From: an uncultured Elusimicrobiales bacterium
Lineage (GTDB): Bacteria; Elusimicrobiota; Elusimicrobia; Elusimicrobiales; Elusimicrobiaceae
DNA length: 32,417 nucleotides
Assembly (NCBI GenBank): GCA_944322775.1
Contig: CALUQA010000055.1
Location: 1 to 32,417, forward strand
Direction: 5' to 3'
The notes under the pieces were generated by a model. It saw only the letters and a program-made list of their open reading frames with translations. It made no database searches and was not told the DNA's origin. Position 1 is the first letter of the stretch. Each line of letters opens with the position of its first letter. Both the position numbers and the translations under genes were made by a program. Below, piece by piece: positions 1 through 10,865 of the stretch.

Positions 1-176
1 GTGGGTTTAAAACCGTGTGCAATATCTACGCCAATATCGTGCGAGGGCAAATCCCGCACGTGGCCGAAGGAACTGCGCACCAAAAAGTCCGGCCCCAAAA
101 TTTTGCTGATGGTTTTTTGCTTGGTCGGAGATTCCACAATGACGAGTTTTTTGCCTTTGATGTTATTGGTTGCCAT
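1..176 (-). CDS. topA: DNA topoisomerase I, N-terminal part (runs off the window start)
   Basis: Not in the ORF track. Minus-strand translation from ATG at 176: [44 protein letters not shown], with TOPRIM motifs LVIVESP.K and GHVRDL. AAGGA RBS upstream; follows dprA as in the common dprA-topA order. Confidence 0.93.
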   Translation of the reverse strand, partial: MATNNIKGKKLVIVESPTKQKTISKILGPDFLVRSSFGHVRDLPSHDIGVDIAHGFKP

Positions 177-195
177 AAATATCCTTAAAACAAAA

Positions 196-1320
196 TTAAA
201 ATTTGCTCTTGCTGTACAGCCCGGCCTGAGAGGTTAACAGGCCTTTTACTTCCAGTTCAAACAATACTTCCGCCGCCTGCGGCACGGAAAGGTGCAGCGC
301 TTCCACCACCTGGTCGGCAGAGGCTTCTTCTGCAGAAGCGATAAATTGCATTACCTGCTTTTGTAAATCGGTCAGCCCGTCTTGCTCTTGCGTTGCCTGC
401 GCAGGCTGCTGCGGCACTTGCAGGGCAAATAAATCCGGGTTTGATATATAGTCTATTATATCTTTTACGCACGTGACAACGCCTGCCCCGTCCGCAATCA
501 GGCGGTTGGGGCCTTGGCTTTGGGGGCTGTCTATAGGGCCGGGCACGGCCAAAACATCTTTGCCCATTTCCAGGGCCAGCTTGGCCGTAATCAGCGCGCC
601 GGATTTGGCCTCGCCCTCTACGACCACCACCAGCTCCGACAAAGCGGCAATAATGCGGTTGCGGCGCGGAAAATGAAACGCATTGGGCGGCTTGTTAAAT
701 GGCAGCTCGGACACGATTGCCCCGCCGTGCTGCAAAATGGCGCGCGCCAGTTCGCGGTTTTCGGGCGGGTAGCAACGGCCAATGCCCGTGCCGATGACGG
801 CCACCGTGGGTTTGTTAAGGCGCACGGCGGCAGCGTGGCATTGGCTGTCTATGCCGCGGGCCAGCCCGCTGACAATGACGGCCCCTGCCTGCGCCAGCCC
901 TTCGGCCAGCGTGGTGGAAGCCCGCCTGCCGTACGGGGTAATTTTGCGCGTGCCCACCATGCCAATGCACACCTGATTGGGCTGCGGCAGTTTGCCCAGC
1001 ACATACAGGGCGATGGGGGCTTCTTTAATTTGGCGCAAGGATTGGGGGTATTCTTCGTCTTCCGGGATTAAAATGCGCCCGCCGTATTTTTCCGTCTTTT
1101 CCAGTTCTTCCTGCGGGTTGATGGCAAACGCGTCGCGCAAAAAGTGGGCCGCGGTAGAGGGGTTCATTTGGGCTTCGCGGGCCAGGGTGTCGGCATTTTG
1201 CTTTAAAATTTCTTCGGCCGAGCCGAAAATGTCAATCAGCCGCGCCAGCCAGTCGGCCCGCAAATACAAAAAGGCATTAATGCGTATGCGCGCCAAGCGC
1301 TCTTGCATAGACACGCTCAT
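196..1320 (-). CDS. dprA: DNA-processing protein DprA (Smf)
   Basis: Motifs [39 protein letters not shown]; C-terminal winged-helix-like LFELEVKG. Confidence 0.96.
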   Translation of the reverse strand: MSVSMQERLARIRINAFLYLRADWLARLIDIFGSAEEILKQNADTLAREAQMNPSTAAHFLRDAFAINPQEELEKTEKYGGRILIPEDEEYPQSLRQIKEAPIALYVLGKLPQPNQVCIGMVGTRKITPYGRRASTTLAEGLAQAGAVIVSGLARGIDSQCHAAAVRLNKPTVAVIGTGIGRCYPPENRELARAILQHGGAIVSELPFNKPPNAFHFPRRNRIIAALSELVVVVEGEAKSGALITAKLALEMGKDVLAVPGPIDSPQSQGPNRLIADGAGVVTCVKDIIDYISNPDLFALQVPQQPAQATQEQDGLTDLQKQVMQFIASAEEASADQVVEALHLSVPQAAEVLFELEVKGLLTSQAGLYSKSKF

Positions 1321-2858
1321 AAGTCCGGCACCCCCTTGCGGTCCAGCGGGCGGTATTGCAGCACCTCTATCAGGTGGGCGTTTTCTATATTGTCTTTGCC
1401 TTCCAAATCGGCAATGGTGCGGGCGGTTTTAAGCACTTTGTCCAAGCTGCGCGCGCTAAGGCCAAACTTGCGCATGGCCGCCTCTAAAATGGCGTCGGCC
1501 CCGGCAGGGAGGGGGCAAAACTGTTTGATTTGCTTGGGCGTCATAAAAGCATTGGCCGTGGTGGCCGTGCCTTTAAAACGCGCCTGCTGGCGTTTGCGCG
1601 CCGCCAATACGCGGGCGGCAATTTGGGCAGACGTGTCGCCCTCGGCGGCTTTGTTCCAGTCGCCGTATGCCACGGGGTTTAAATTGACGGTTAAATCAAT
1701 GCGGTCCAAAAGCGGGCCCGAAATTTTGGCCTGATAGCGCCGTATTTGCATGGGCGTGCAGGTGCAGGGTTTGTGGGGGTTGCCCAAATTGCCGCACGGG
1801 CAGGGGTTCATGGCCGCAATTAAGGTAAAGCGCGCCGGATAGGTAACGGTTTCTTTGGCGCGGGAAATGGTCACTTGGCCGTTTTCCAGCGGTTGGCGCA
1901 GCACTTCCAGCGTAGAGCGGGAAAACTCGGCAAATTCGTCCAAAAACAGCACGCCGTTGTGCGCCAGGGACACTTCCCCGGGGCGCGGGTTGCTGCCGCC
2001 GCCGATCAGCGCCGCTTCGGAAATGGTGTGGTGCGGGTCGCGAAAGGGGCGGGTGTGCAGGCGGTGCTTCATTTTGCCCAGCAAATTGCAAACGGAATAA
2101 ATTTTGGTGATTTCCAGGCTTTCTTCTTCCGTCAATGGCGGAAGAATGCCGGCAAAGCGTTTGGCCAGCATGCTTTTGCCCGTGCCGGGCAGGCCGATCA
2201 TCAGCACATTGTGCCCGCCTGCGGCGGCAATTTCCAGCGCGCGTTTGGCCACGGCCTGGCCTTTCACGTCGGAAAAGTCCAGCACGGCAGCCGGTTCCTC
2301 TTCCTGCGGGGGCACATAGGCCATTTGCACGCTTTCCTGCGGCAGTTTGACTTCCAGCCAGTCGGCCAAGTCGCGCAGGGTGCGCGGGGTGATAAACGGC
2401 AGGCCGGCCGTTTGCCCTTCCAAAAAATTATCCGGCGCGATAACCGCCGTACCTTGGCTGTTTTTAACGCCTATAAGCATGGGCAGCACGCCGGCGCAGG
2501 GGCGCAGGGTGCCGTCTAAGGCCAGTTCTCCCAGCAAAATAAGGTCTTTTAATTTTTTAACGGCTTCTTCCGATAGGGCGCCCGACGCGGCCAAAATGCC
2601 CGCCGCGATGGGCAAGTCAAACTGGGTGCCGCTTTTGCGCAGTTCGGCCGGGCTTAAATTGACGGTAATGCGTTTTAACGGGAAATCAAACCCGCTGTTG
2701 CGTATGGCGGCAATCACGCGTTCTTTGCTTTCTTTTACCTCGGCATCGGGCAAGCCAACGACGGACAAGGTGGGCATTCCCGAAGAAATGTCCACCTCTG
2801 TCGTTACTTCAAAACCGTCTATGCCTTTTAGGGCGCAGGTACGGACGCTGGCTAACAT
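1317..2858 (-). CDS. comM: YifB/ComM family Mg-chelatase-like AAA+ ATPase
   Basis: VGLPDAEVKESKERV, ITVNLSPA, Walker A GLPGTGKS, RPFRDPHHT, PGEVSLAHNGVLFLDE, AMNPCPCG, SGPLLDRID. Confidence 0.95.
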   Translation of the reverse strand: MLASVRTCALKGIDGFEVTTEVDISSGMPTLSVVGLPDAEVKESKERVIAAIRNSGFDFPLKRITVNLSPAELRKSGTQFDLPIAAGILAASGALSEEAVKKLKDLILLGELALDGTLRPCAGVLPMLIGVKNSQGTAVIAPDNFLEGQTAGLPFITPRTLRDLADWLEVKLPQESVQMAYVPPQEEEPAAVLDFSDVKGQAVAKRALEIAAAGGHNVLMIGLPGTGKSMLAKRFAGILPPLTEEESLEITKIYSVCNLLGKMKHRLHTRPFRDPHHTISEAALIGGGSNPRPGEVSLAHNGVLFLDEFAEFSRSTLEVLRQPLENGQVTISRAKETVTYPARFTLIAAMNPCPCGNLGNPHKPCTCTPMQIRRYQAKISGPLLDRIDLTVNLNPVAYGDWNKAAEGDTSAQIAARVLAARKRQQARFKGTATTANAFMTPKQIKQFCPLPAGADAILEAAMRKFGLSARSLDKVLKTARTIADLEGKDNIENAHLIEVLQYRPLDRKGVPDL

Positions 2859-2859
2859 A

Positions 2860-3966
2860 TTAGATAAAGTTCAGTACAATTTGCTGAGGAGAAATCCCCA
2901 TTACCGTAAAGTTTACGTTATAGCTGCGGATAATCTTGGCGGTCAGTTCTTCGCCGGAAGAAATATTGGCCGAGATTTCAAAGTAAGCGTCGGAATTGGT
3001 GTATTTAACCAGGTTAAAGTCTTCAATTTCGCGCATTTCTTTAAAAATATCCTGCACCTGTTTGAGGCGTTCAATGCTTTTTACGTTCTGCACGACCACA
3101 TTGAATTTGTTGGCAGAGTTAATGGCGGCATTGATAGGCTCAATAAGCTGTTTGGCAGCCGCTTCGCACGCGGAGGAAACGGATTTTTGAGCGGCGATGC
3201 TTTCCACCGGGTCCAACCCGCTGACTTGGTCAGCCGCTTCCCCGACAATTTGATAGTTTTTGGTGGACGCCACCTTGATGTTGGCGCGGGCGCGGTAGGT
3301 TTTGAACGGGGAAGAAATGCCCGGCAAAGCCTGCAGCGGAGCGGTGTTGACGTCGGCCATGATAATAAAGCGGGCCCCTTCCACGCGGGCCTGGTCAATG
3401 ACCGGGGTGGGATTGTCCAAATTGTTTTGGCTTAAATTATCGCCGTTGACCAAAGCATAGGGCTGGTCTTTTAAAGCGCGGTAAATGGCCTGTTTGCACT
3501 CTTGTTTAAGGGATACTTCATCGCCCACCGTTTCGCGCGAGGTAATCAAAATGGTGGTGCGTTTGGCAAAGGCGTCGGATTCAGACTCTTTGATAATGTC
3601 GCTGATGTCTTTGACCAGCACCATTACACGCACGCGGGTGTACCACTGATCCCCTTTGCGATAGGCTTTTTGCACGTATCCGCGGCGAATGAACCCGGCA
3701 GATTTGGAGGTGATTTTGTCTTCCACCAGTTGGGCTTGCTCCACCGTGGTGGAGGAAGAAATAAAGATACCGGCCACTTTTTCCACCGCGGCGCGTTGGG
3801 CGGCCAGCTCGCCTTCTTTCTTCATTTCGGAAATGTTATTTTCGTCGTAGGGAACCAAAGATTCCGCCACCACATATTCCCCTTCGCCTTTGGGACCGAT
3901 GTGCAAAGCACGGCAGGCCGAAAGCGTAAAGACGGCAATGACGGCGATGAGTAAAAGTCTTTTCAT
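2860..3966 (-). CDS. Lipoprotein with a FlgT-N/LPP20-like N-terminal domain
   Basis: Lipobox LSAC. The segment ELAAQRAAVEKVAGIFISSSTTVEQAQLVEDKITSKSAGFI resembles FlgT N-terminal/LPP20 folds (by eye). Confidence 0.6.
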   Translation of the reverse strand: MKRLLLIAVIAVFTLSACRALHIGPKGEGEYVVAESLVPYDENNISEMKKEGELAAQRAAVEKVAGIFISSSTTVEQAQLVEDKITSKSAGFIRRGYVQKAYRKGDQWYTRVRVMVLVKDISDIIKESESDAFAKRTTILITSRETVGDEVSLKQECKQAIYRALKDQPYALVNGDNLSQNNLDNPTPVIDQARVEGARFIIMADVNTAPLQALPGISSPFKTYRARANIKVASTKNYQIVGEAADQVSGLDPVESIAAQKSVSSACEAAAKQLIEPINAAINSANKFNVVVQNVKSIERLKQVQDIFKEMREIEDFNLVKYTNSDAYFEISANISSGEELTAKIIRSYNVNFTVMGISPQQIVLNFI

Positions 3967-4415
3967 TATTTATTCTCCTGCGGGTTGAGGCCGGCCGCCT
4001 GCAGTTTTTCGCGCGAAATGCGCATAATAACCGTGCAGCCGCCGTCGTCCAAATATTCGGTGGAGACCAGTTCCATGTCGTTTAAAATGCCGCTGGAAGA
4101 GGTGTGAATGGTGGAGCCTTCCGACACGGCGTCCACAATTTGCACGTTGCTTTCCAAATTGGCGCCGTAAAGCACTTCCGTCGCACGCTGATAGGCATGG
4201 GCAATGGCGGCTTCGCGCGACAAGATGCGCCGCTGTGAGTCGCTCTTGTGGGCGGGGTTGGCTGCGCCAAAACCGCGCACCCACAGGTATTCGTCGTCGG
4301 TCAGTGTATCGTTAAAAGAAGGGGCAATGGCGCCGTTTTTGACGGCGCTTTTCATGTGGCCGCCACAGGCGCCCAGGCACAAAAGGCAGGCCAGTAAGAG
4401 GGTCAGTTTTTTCAT
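3966..4415 (-). CDS. LPP20/FlgP-like lipoprotein
   Basis: Lipobox LGAC. WVRGFGAA...RRILSREAAIAHAYQRATEVLYGANLES resembles the LPP20/FlgP pattern. Confidence 0.65.
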   Translation of the reverse strand: MKKLTLLLACLLCLGACGGHMKSAVKNGAIAPSFNDTLTDDEYLWVRGFGAANPAHKSDSQRRILSREAAIAHAYQRATEVLYGANLESNVQIVDAVSEGSTIHTSSSGILNDMELVSTEYLDDGGCTVIMRISREKLQAAGLNPQENK

Positions 4416-7400
4416 CTCAATAACTCCGATAATATTTTCACATACGTGCTGGGAGCATTGACGTCTTCATAGTTGATGACGCCGCAGCGAATGAGCATAA
4501 TCTCCAGCATGTGGGTCAGAATGTCATAAAAGTTTTCTCTGACCGAGGGCTCGCAGGTGTCCGTCTCGGGTCCTAAGATGACGGCCCCTTTGAGTTTTTT
4601 GTTATCGCACAAATTGGCGATTTTAAAAGCCGAAGAAATGATGTTTTCCGTGGAATACGAAGAACGCACCGCCAGCTCCGGCCCGCCGCTTATGCCCAAC
4701 TCTTTGGCACGTTGCTGCAGGGCAAACACCAACCAGTTCATCATGTTGGAATGGTTCTGCGGATAGAAAAACCCGATGCGGCCCCATTCACCATTGCCGG
4801 AAACGGGGGCGGAGTTAATCTCGTCGGGGGTTTTCTTCATAATCAGGCTGTGTTGGTCTTCCCCTGCGGTGGCCAGCAACTGGTCAAAAATAGCCGTGGC
4901 AGAGCGTTTTTCCGGCGATTCGTTGGGGAAAATCAGTTTTTCCAGTACGCGCACGCGGCGAATGGCACGGGACACGGTGCCCAAAGACATATTGGGGTGC
5001 CCGAAGAAGCGGTTAACTTCTTCTTCCGTGATGTTGATGCCATTGCTGGTCAGCATTTTTTGAATGATGCGCATGCGGGCGTTGCCGGTGGCCGGTTTTA
5101 AGTCGGAAATCCAGCCCGAGTCCAAGCGGAAGTTAAGCAATTCTTCCAATTTGGCCAGGCTTTCCGGCGGATATTTAGATGTAATTACAATCTGTTTTTG
5201 TTGTTTGCGGAAATCGTTGAGCAACTTAGACAGATAGGCACGGTTTTGCTCGTTGATGGCAATCAAGTGAATATCGTCTATCAACAGGGCTTTGACGGAG
5301 TCGGCAAATTTTTCAAATTTATCAATATTGCCTTCCATTACATAGCGCTGTATCCCGCGGGACAAGCGCACCCCGTTGGTGATAAAAATATTTTCTTGCC
5401 CGTATTTGTTGGAAAGGGCGTAGCCAATGGCATGCAAGAAATGCGTTTTTCCCGTGCCGCTGGCGCCATGCAATACCAAAGGATTGTACAGTTTGCCCGG
5501 GTTGTCTATGACGGAGATGGCCGTGGCGTGGGCAAAACGGTTGACGGAAATGGTCATATTCTCCAGCGTATAGGTGGGAATAAGGGGCACTTCCAGCGGC
5601 CAGTTATGTTTTTTAAGCTCAGAAAGCGGCAACTCAATAGAGTGGTCAATGGTACGGGTTTTTTCCAAGAAAGTACCAGCCGGGCGTCTGCGGCGCAAAA
5701 TGGTAGCCCCATGTTTTTCTTCCTGAGGCTGAGCCGGGGACGCATGGGCAGCCGGTGCCGGCGGCACATGGTTGGGCATAGCCGGTGCCTGCGGCGGGAC
5801 CGGTTTGGCCGGTTGAGCGGCGGCAGGTTCCGGCTGGACTTTTCTTTTGATGCGTAAAATTGTTTTCTTTTCCCCGTTATTTTCTGGCATTTTATTCTCC
5901 GTAATAGGTGTAGAAGGAGGAATTTCCTTTTCGGCAGATTCCTGTTCTTGCGTTAAGTGAGCCGGCGTGGCTTCTTCTGGCGTTGGCGGCTCCTGCGGGG
6001 CTGTTTCTTGGGCTGCAGGGGCGGCAGACACAGGTTCAGCTTCAGGGGCGGGTTGCTCCTGCACGGGCTGAGGGGGCTGTGTCTGGTTCAATTGGCTGGC
6101 GGAATCTGTTGAGGGTTCAGGCGCGGCTTCTTCAGCAGTGGCCAAAGGCAAAGCAATATTTTCTGCTTCTTTTACAGCGTTGTCTTTGGAAGCAATGGGA
6201 GCCTGGTGATGCGTTTGCGTTTTTGCATCAGCCGCAGCCAACATTTGTTCAAAAGGATCCATAACTTCTTGGGAGTCATCATCTATCCGGTCAACGCGGC
6301 CAAAAGAAGACGGAAGCGGCATGTAAGCACGCGTTTTGTCCAGTTCCTCTTCAGGTTTTTGCGGCGTAGCCGGCTTGGGCGCCGGTGCCGGTTTATGGGC
6401 CGTATTGGCATGTTGCAGAAAGCTTAAATCTTTCTGTGTAATGCGTTCTGTAATGGCTTTGATGTCTTCCAAGTCGATAAAATTGGTTTGGTCTTTAATT
6501 TTTTGGTCAAAAATATTAAAAGACTCAGTGTCCGCGTCTTTTTCTTCCGCCGGAGCAAATGCAAAAGAGGCTTCTTGCTGCGGAGCGGTTTTTTCGCTGT
6601 TTGCAGAAGAGGCGGTCTCTTTCGATGAGGGCTCTTTGGGGGTTGGTGCGGCCGGTTGCGCCGAGATATTTTTTTGTTTGGCAGGATCTAACTTGTCCAA
6701 ATCCAAGAACATGTCATATTTGGTTTCTGCCAGTAAAATATCGTCTAAGGATTGGCCGAGCATGGTGCCTTCCATGTCTTTAATAAGCATGTCGCGGTCG
6801 CTTAACGGCAAGTCATTGTCCGGCTGCTTGGCAGGTTCACTTTGCTCTTTAGGCGCAACGGTAACAGGGGTTAATTCCGTGGGCAGCTTTTCTGCCTGGA
6901 CGGCTTGTACTTGTAAATCCAAATCGGGTTCTTGTTGTGTTGGGGCAGGTTCCGGCTCGGCCGCGGGTGTTTGTTCTGCAGGCGGTTCGTCGGACCATCC
7001 TTCTTTATTTTCAATAGAAGTTAAGACCTCATCAGAAACAGGCTCTTCCTCTACCGGGGGAAGAATGGGTTTTTCTTCGGCTGCGGGTGCCGCCGCGGGC
7101 TGCTCCGAAGGTTTCTCTTGAACTGGTTGCGCGGGCACGGCGGGTTCGGCAGGTTTTTCCGGTGCTTTGTCTTTTTTGCGGAAGAAGAAAAAATTCTTTT
7201 TATGTAATGTTTTAGGTTTGGATACAGAGTCGTTGGAAACGGTAAAAGGTTCCTCTTCTTTATCATCATCGGAACGATAGCCGGGCTCGTCAATTTCTTC
7301 CAGCGTTTTTGCAAGCTGGGGGATTTCTTCTTCAGGCTGGCTTAAATCAATTTGCTTTTGCTGTATGCCCTCTATATCTGGCGGAGCGGGCGGCAGCGGG

Positions 7401-7789
7401 GCAGCCGGTTTGGCCGAAGATTGGAAGAAACTTTCCGAAGGGTCTAAGGTAATGAATGTGGGAAAATCTTTATCTTCTTTATCGGTATCTGCGCTAAAAA
7501 GCGGGTTGCCTAAAGAGCCGCCGGGAATAAATTCATTTACTTTTTTGGATTGTTCTATCCCTTCGCGCACGGCTACACGGATTTTTTCCAGCGTATCTTC
7601 GTCCAAATCGTCAGGTAAAGCAAAACGGTATACATACGGGGCGGACGCCGGCTGGGGCGCGCGTACATATCCGTGCAGTTTTTTTGCAATTAAACGCGCG
7701 TCGTGCTCTGTCCCGTCAATAAGCAGGGCATATGAAATGGCATTGTCTTTGGAACGAATGCTGGAGATAATATCCCAATGGGTAATCAT
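4412..7789 (-). CDS. Large DnaA/Hda-like AAA+ ATPase with a long acidic low-complexity N-terminal region
   Basis: DnaA domain III signature: [47 protein letters not shown], Walker B LLIDDIH, KQIVITS..PP. No recognisable domain IV helix-turn-helix. Confidence 0.85.
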   Translation of the reverse strand: MITHWDIISSIRSKDNAISYALLIDGTEHDARLIAKKLHGYVRAPQPASAPYVYRFALPDDLDEDTLEKIRVAVREGIEQSKKVNEFIPGGSLGNPLFSADTDKEDKDFPTFITLDPSESFFQSSAKPAAPLPPAPPDIEGIQQKQIDLSQPEEEIPQLAKTLEEIDEPGYRSDDDKEEEPFTVSNDSVSKPKTLHKKNFFFFRKKDKAPEKPAEPAVPAQPVQEKPSEQPAAAPAAEEKPILPPVEEEPVSDEVLTSIENKEGWSDEPPAEQTPAAEPEPAPTQQEPDLDLQVQAVQAEKLPTELTPVTVAPKEQSEPAKQPDNDLPLSDRDMLIKDMEGTMLGQSLDDILLAETKYDMFLDLDKLDPAKQKNISAQPAAPTPKEPSSKETASSANSEKTAPQQEASFAFAPAEEKDADTESFNIFDQKIKDQTNFIDLEDIKAITERITQKDLSFLQHANTAHKPAPAPKPATPQKPEEELDKTRAYMPLPSSFGRVDRIDDDSQEVMDPFEQMLAAADAKTQTHHQAPIASKDNAVKEAENIALPLATAEEAAPEPSTDSASQLNQTQPPQPVQEQPAPEAEPVSAAPAAQETAPQEPPTPEEATPAHLTQEQESAEKEIPPSTPITENKMPENNGEKKTILRIKRKVQPEPAAAQPAKPVPPQAPAMPNHVPPAPAAHASPAQPQEEKHGATILRRRRPAGTFLEKTRTIDHSIELPLSELKKHNWPLEVPLIPTYTLENMTISVNRFAHATAISVIDNPGKLYNPLVLHGASGTGKTHFLHAIGYALSNKYGQENIFITNGVRLSRGIQRYVMEGNIDKFEKFADSVKALLIDDIHLIAINEQNRAYLSKLLNDFRKQQKQIVITSKYPPESLAKLEELLNFRLDSGWISDLKPATGNARMRIIQKMLTSNGINITEEEVNRFFGHPNMSLGTVSRAIRRVRVLEKLIFPNESPEKRSATAIFDQLLATAGEDQHSLIMKKTPDEINSAPVSGNGEWGRIGFFYPQNHSNMMNWLVFALQQRAKELGISGGPELAVRSSYSTENIISSAFKIANLCDNKKLKGAVILGPETDTCEPSVRENFYDILTHMLEIMLIRCGVINYEDVNAPSTYVKILSELLR

Positions 7790-8430
7790 TTTCCCTCGAT
7801 GATTTTTACTCCCGCGCTGGCACCGATGCGGGTGGCACCGGCGGCAACCATAGCGTCAAAATCCTGGCGGGTGCGAATACCGCCGGAAGCTTTAACCTGC
7901 ATATTGGCCGGCACATGGGCACGCATAAGGCGTACATCTTCTGCCGTAGCACCGCCGCCGGTAAAACCGGTGGAGGTTTTTACAAAGTCGGCCCCGGCTT
8001 GGGCGGAAAGTTCGCAGGCTTTTATTTTTTCTTGCTCGGTTAAAACGGAAGTTTCAATAATTACTTTAAGCGTAAAATTTTCTCCGGCGTTGCGCACAGC
8101 TTTGATATCTTGCAAAACCGTTTCGTAATCGCCGCTTTTCAGGGCGCCGATGTTTATGACCATGTCTAATTCATCGGCGCCGTTTTTTAAAGCGTCTTTG
8201 GCTTCAAATACTTTGCTTGCGGTAGTGGTGGCCCCTAACGGGAAGCCAATTACCGTGCACACTTTGACATCACTGCCGGCCAGCTGTTTTTTGCAGAAAG
8301 AAACCCAATACGGGTTTATGCACACGCTAAAGAAGCCAAATTTCCGGGCTTCGTCGCACAGCGTTTTAATGGCGGCTTGATCCGCCTGAGGTTTAAGCAG
8401 TGTATGATCAATGTATTTGGCCAAATTCAT
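7786..8430 (-). CDS. deoC: Deoxyribose-phosphate aldolase
   Basis: [50 protein letters not shown]. Confidence 0.97.
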   Translation of the reverse strand: MNLAKYIDHTLLKPQADQAAIKTLCDEARKFGFFSVCINPYWVSFCKKQLAGSDVKVCTVIGFPLGATTTASKVFEAKDALKNGADELDMVINIGALKSGDYETVLQDIKAVRNAGENFTLKVIIETSVLTEQEKIKACELSAQAGADFVKTSTGFTGGGATAEDVRLMRAHVPANMQVKASGGIRTRQDFDAMVAAGATRIGASAGVKIIEGK

Positions 8431-8441
8431 AAAATACCACC

Positions 8442-9197
8442 TTAGTTGAAGTTGATAATACGGGTGAATTTTTCGGCAATTAAAGCCTGGCCGCCCACCA
8501 AGGCGCCGTCCACATCAGGCTGAGCCATAATTTCGTCCACGTTGGTGTCTTTGACGCTGCCGCCGTACAAAATGCGGGTGGCTTCGGCAAAGTCTTTGCC
8601 GTATTTGTCAGCCAAGAAATGGCGGATAGCCGCGTGCACTTCTTGCGCTTGGTCCGGGGTGGCCGTCTTGCCGGTGCCGATAGCCCACACCGGTTCATAA
8701 GCGATAATCAAGCCTTTGAGCTGTTCGGCAGAGAAACCTTTCAGGCCGTTTTCCAGCTGGGCATTGATGACGGCGATGGTTTCATTGGCTTCGCGCTGGG
8801 CCAAGGTTTCGCCCACGCAGAAGATGATGGTCAAGTTGTGGCGCAAAGCGGCCGCTACTTTTTTGTTCAAAATTTCATCGGTATCACCGAACACGCTGCG
8901 GCGTTCGCTGTGGCCCAAAATGGTGTGCGTGGCACCGGCGTCTTTGGCCTGCACCGGGGAAACGGCGCTGGTAAAAGCACCTTTGTCTTCCCAGTGGACG
9001 TCTTGGGCGGCCACTTCAATGTGGGAGCCTTTGGCCAAGCGGGCCACTTCGGCTAAAGAAGTATAAGAGGGAGCAACAATAATTTCTGCATTGTTTTTGT
9101 TTTCGGCTTTTTTCAAAGCTTCAATCAGCGCGGCAGATTCTGCCAGCGTGTTGTGCATTTTCCAGTTTCCGGCAATAATAGGAGTTCTTTTTGTCAT
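8442..9197 (-). CDS. tpiA: Triosephosphate isomerase
   Basis: [37 protein letters not shown]. Confidence 0.98.
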   Translation of the reverse strand: MTKRTPIIAGNWKMHNTLAESAALIEALKKAENKNNAEIIVAPSYTSLAEVARLAKGSHIEVAAQDVHWEDKGAFTSAVSPVQAKDAGATHTILGHSERRSVFGDTDEILNKKVAAALRHNLTIIFCVGETLAQREANETIAVINAQLENGLKGFSAEQLKGLIIAYEPVWAIGTGKTATPDQAQEVHAAIRHFLADKYGKDFAEATRILYGGSVKDTNVDEIMAQPDVDGALVGGQALIAEKFTRIINFN

Positions 9198-9259
9198 TTC
9201 TTTTTCCTCTTTATAAATTGAAATACGTTTGCCGTCCTGCGATAAGGCGGCCTATATAG

Positions 9260-9268
9260 ATAGTATCA
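9260..9268 (-). promoter_or_regulatory. Putative extended -10 promoter element for the tpiA operon
   Basis: TGaTACTAT on the minus strand ~60 nt upstream of tpiA. Confidence 0.45.
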
Positions 9269-9361
9269 TAAAAAACAGGGTTTTTAAAGAGGGGAAAACG
9301 TATTTTTATGCTTTTGAGGGCTAACCAAAAGGCAGATACTGTGTTCCGGAAAATTTCCCAT

Positions 9362-9389
9362 AAAAAAACCCCCGCTTAGGGCGGGGGTT
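9362..9389 (-). terminator. Rho-independent terminator of the POT transporter gene
   Basis: Inverted repeat AACCCCCGC (9367-9375) / GCGGGGGTT (9381-9389) followed by a T-tract on the minus strand. Confidence 0.85.
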
Positions 9390-9405
9390 AACAAAGAAAG
9401 CTTTG

Positions 9406-10794
9406 TTATTTGACTCCGTGCATCCAGTGTTTGATTTTGCCGGCCATAATCCACATAATGATACCGAAGAGAATGGACCCGGCCGCCGGAACGGAGAACA
9501 GGGTGGTAAGGCTCCAGGATTCGTAGTAGCTGGCCAACCAACCGGCAAGCAGGTTACCAAAGAAGCTGGCCGCCAACCATACACCCATGAGCATGGACAT
9601 AAACTTGGCCGGAGCCAATTTGGAAACCATGGACAAGCCCACAGGGGACAAGCACAGTTCACCCATGGTGCAGAACATATACGTGAGCACCAGCCAAATG
9701 GCGCTTACCGGGCCGCTGGAAGCATACAGGCTGGCCGCAATGACGATGGCCACAAAGCCCAGACCTTGCAGGAACAAGCCCCAGCCAAACTTGGTGGGAA
9801 TGGTCGGGTTTTTGTCACCCAGGCGGATCCACAGTTTAGCAAACAACGGCGCAAACAACACCACAAAAATGGGGTTGACGGCCTGGAAGTAAGAGGCTTT
9901 CAGCGTCACTTCACCGATAAACGGCAACACCGGGGTTAAGTTCGTGGCTTCTTTAGCAAAGAAGTTTAACGAAGTGCCGGCCTGTTCAAAGAACGCGAAG
10001 AAGAAAATAGCAAAGAATACAAACGTAAAGATGGCTTTAATCTTATCCCATTCTTCGGAGGTTAAGGGTTTGTTGGCTTCTTCGGCGCGGGCTTTTTCGG
10101 TGGCGTCGTTAGCCAAGTCGGTGCCTTTGGTCACCGGGTGCAAGCCGATGTGGCCCAAATATTTGTTCTGGGAAACCAAATACCAGATTAAACCGATTAC
10201 CATACCGGTACCGGCAGCCATAAAACCGTATTTCCATTTATAGGCTTCCATTGCATTAAGCGGGTCGTGCGGTTCACCGAAGAAACCACATACGAACGGG
10301 GCGATAAACGCACCCAGGTTGATGCCCATATAGAAAATGGTAAAACCACCGTCTCTTCTGGGATCGTTGGGTTCATAAAGTTCGCCGACAATGCTGGAGA
10401 TGTTCGGTTTAAAGAAACCGTTTCCGATTACGATCAGCGTCAAGCCGGTGGCCAAGGCCACAACAGGCGAGATGATTTCGTAAGAGGCCAGCGTAAACTG
10501 CCCCAAAGCCATTAAAATGGCCCCAATGGTAATAGAATGGCGTTTGCCGATGTATCTATCGGCCAAGTAGCCGCCCAGCACCGGGGTCAAATAGACCAGG
10601 GCGGTAAACATACCATAAATTTTGCTGGAAGTGGCTTTGCTGAAACCGATGACACTGCTGATCATGAATAATGCCAGCAACGCACGCATACCATAGTAGT
10701 TGAAACGTTCCCACATTTCGACCATAAAAAGCATATACAATGCTTTAGGCTGGCCTTTTTTGGTTACGTTGTGTTTCACTTCTTCATCAGTCAT
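9406..10794 (-). CDS. Proton-dependent oligopeptide transporter (POT/PTR2 family, DtpT-like)
   Basis: EMWERFNYYGMR (ExxERFxYY), GGYLADRYIG, GNGFFKPNIS, FTIFYMGINLGA, GELCLSPVG. Confidence 0.95.
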   Translation of the reverse strand: MTDEEVKHNVTKKGQPKALYMLFMVEMWERFNYYGMRALLALFMISSVIGFSKATSSKIYGMFTALVYLTPVLGGYLADRYIGKRHSITIGAILMALGQFTLASYEIISPVVALATGLTLIVIGNGFFKPNISSIVGELYEPNDPRRDGGFTIFYMGINLGAFIAPFVCGFFGEPHDPLNAMEAYKWKYGFMAAGTGMVIGLIWYLVSQNKYLGHIGLHPVTKGTDLANDATEKARAEEANKPLTSEEWDKIKAIFTFVFFAIFFFAFFEQAGTSLNFFAKEATNLTPVLPFIGEVTLKASYFQAVNPIFVVLFAPLFAKLWIRLGDKNPTIPTKFGWGLFLQGLGFVAIVIAASLYASSGPVSAIWLVLTYMFCTMGELCLSPVGLSMVSKLAPAKFMSMLMGVWLAASFFGNLLAGWLASYYESWSLTTLFSVPAAGSILFGIIMWIMAGKIKHWMHGVK

Positions 10795-10865
10795 TTATTT
10801 CTCCTTCGGTTTTACAAGGGTACCCTATATTTTACAAAAAACAGAAGGAATGTGACGCAAAAATT

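Noticed and set aside
1-237. Plus-strand 78-aa ORF
   Set aside because: Antisense shadow of topA.
2347-3435. Plus-strand 362-aa ORF and the many other antisense or alternate-frame ORFs
   Set aside because: They overlap well-supported genes and show no recognisable motifs.
4412-7789. Calling this gene dnaA and the region oriC
   Set aside because: No domain IV, no dnaN nearby and no DnaA-box cluster.
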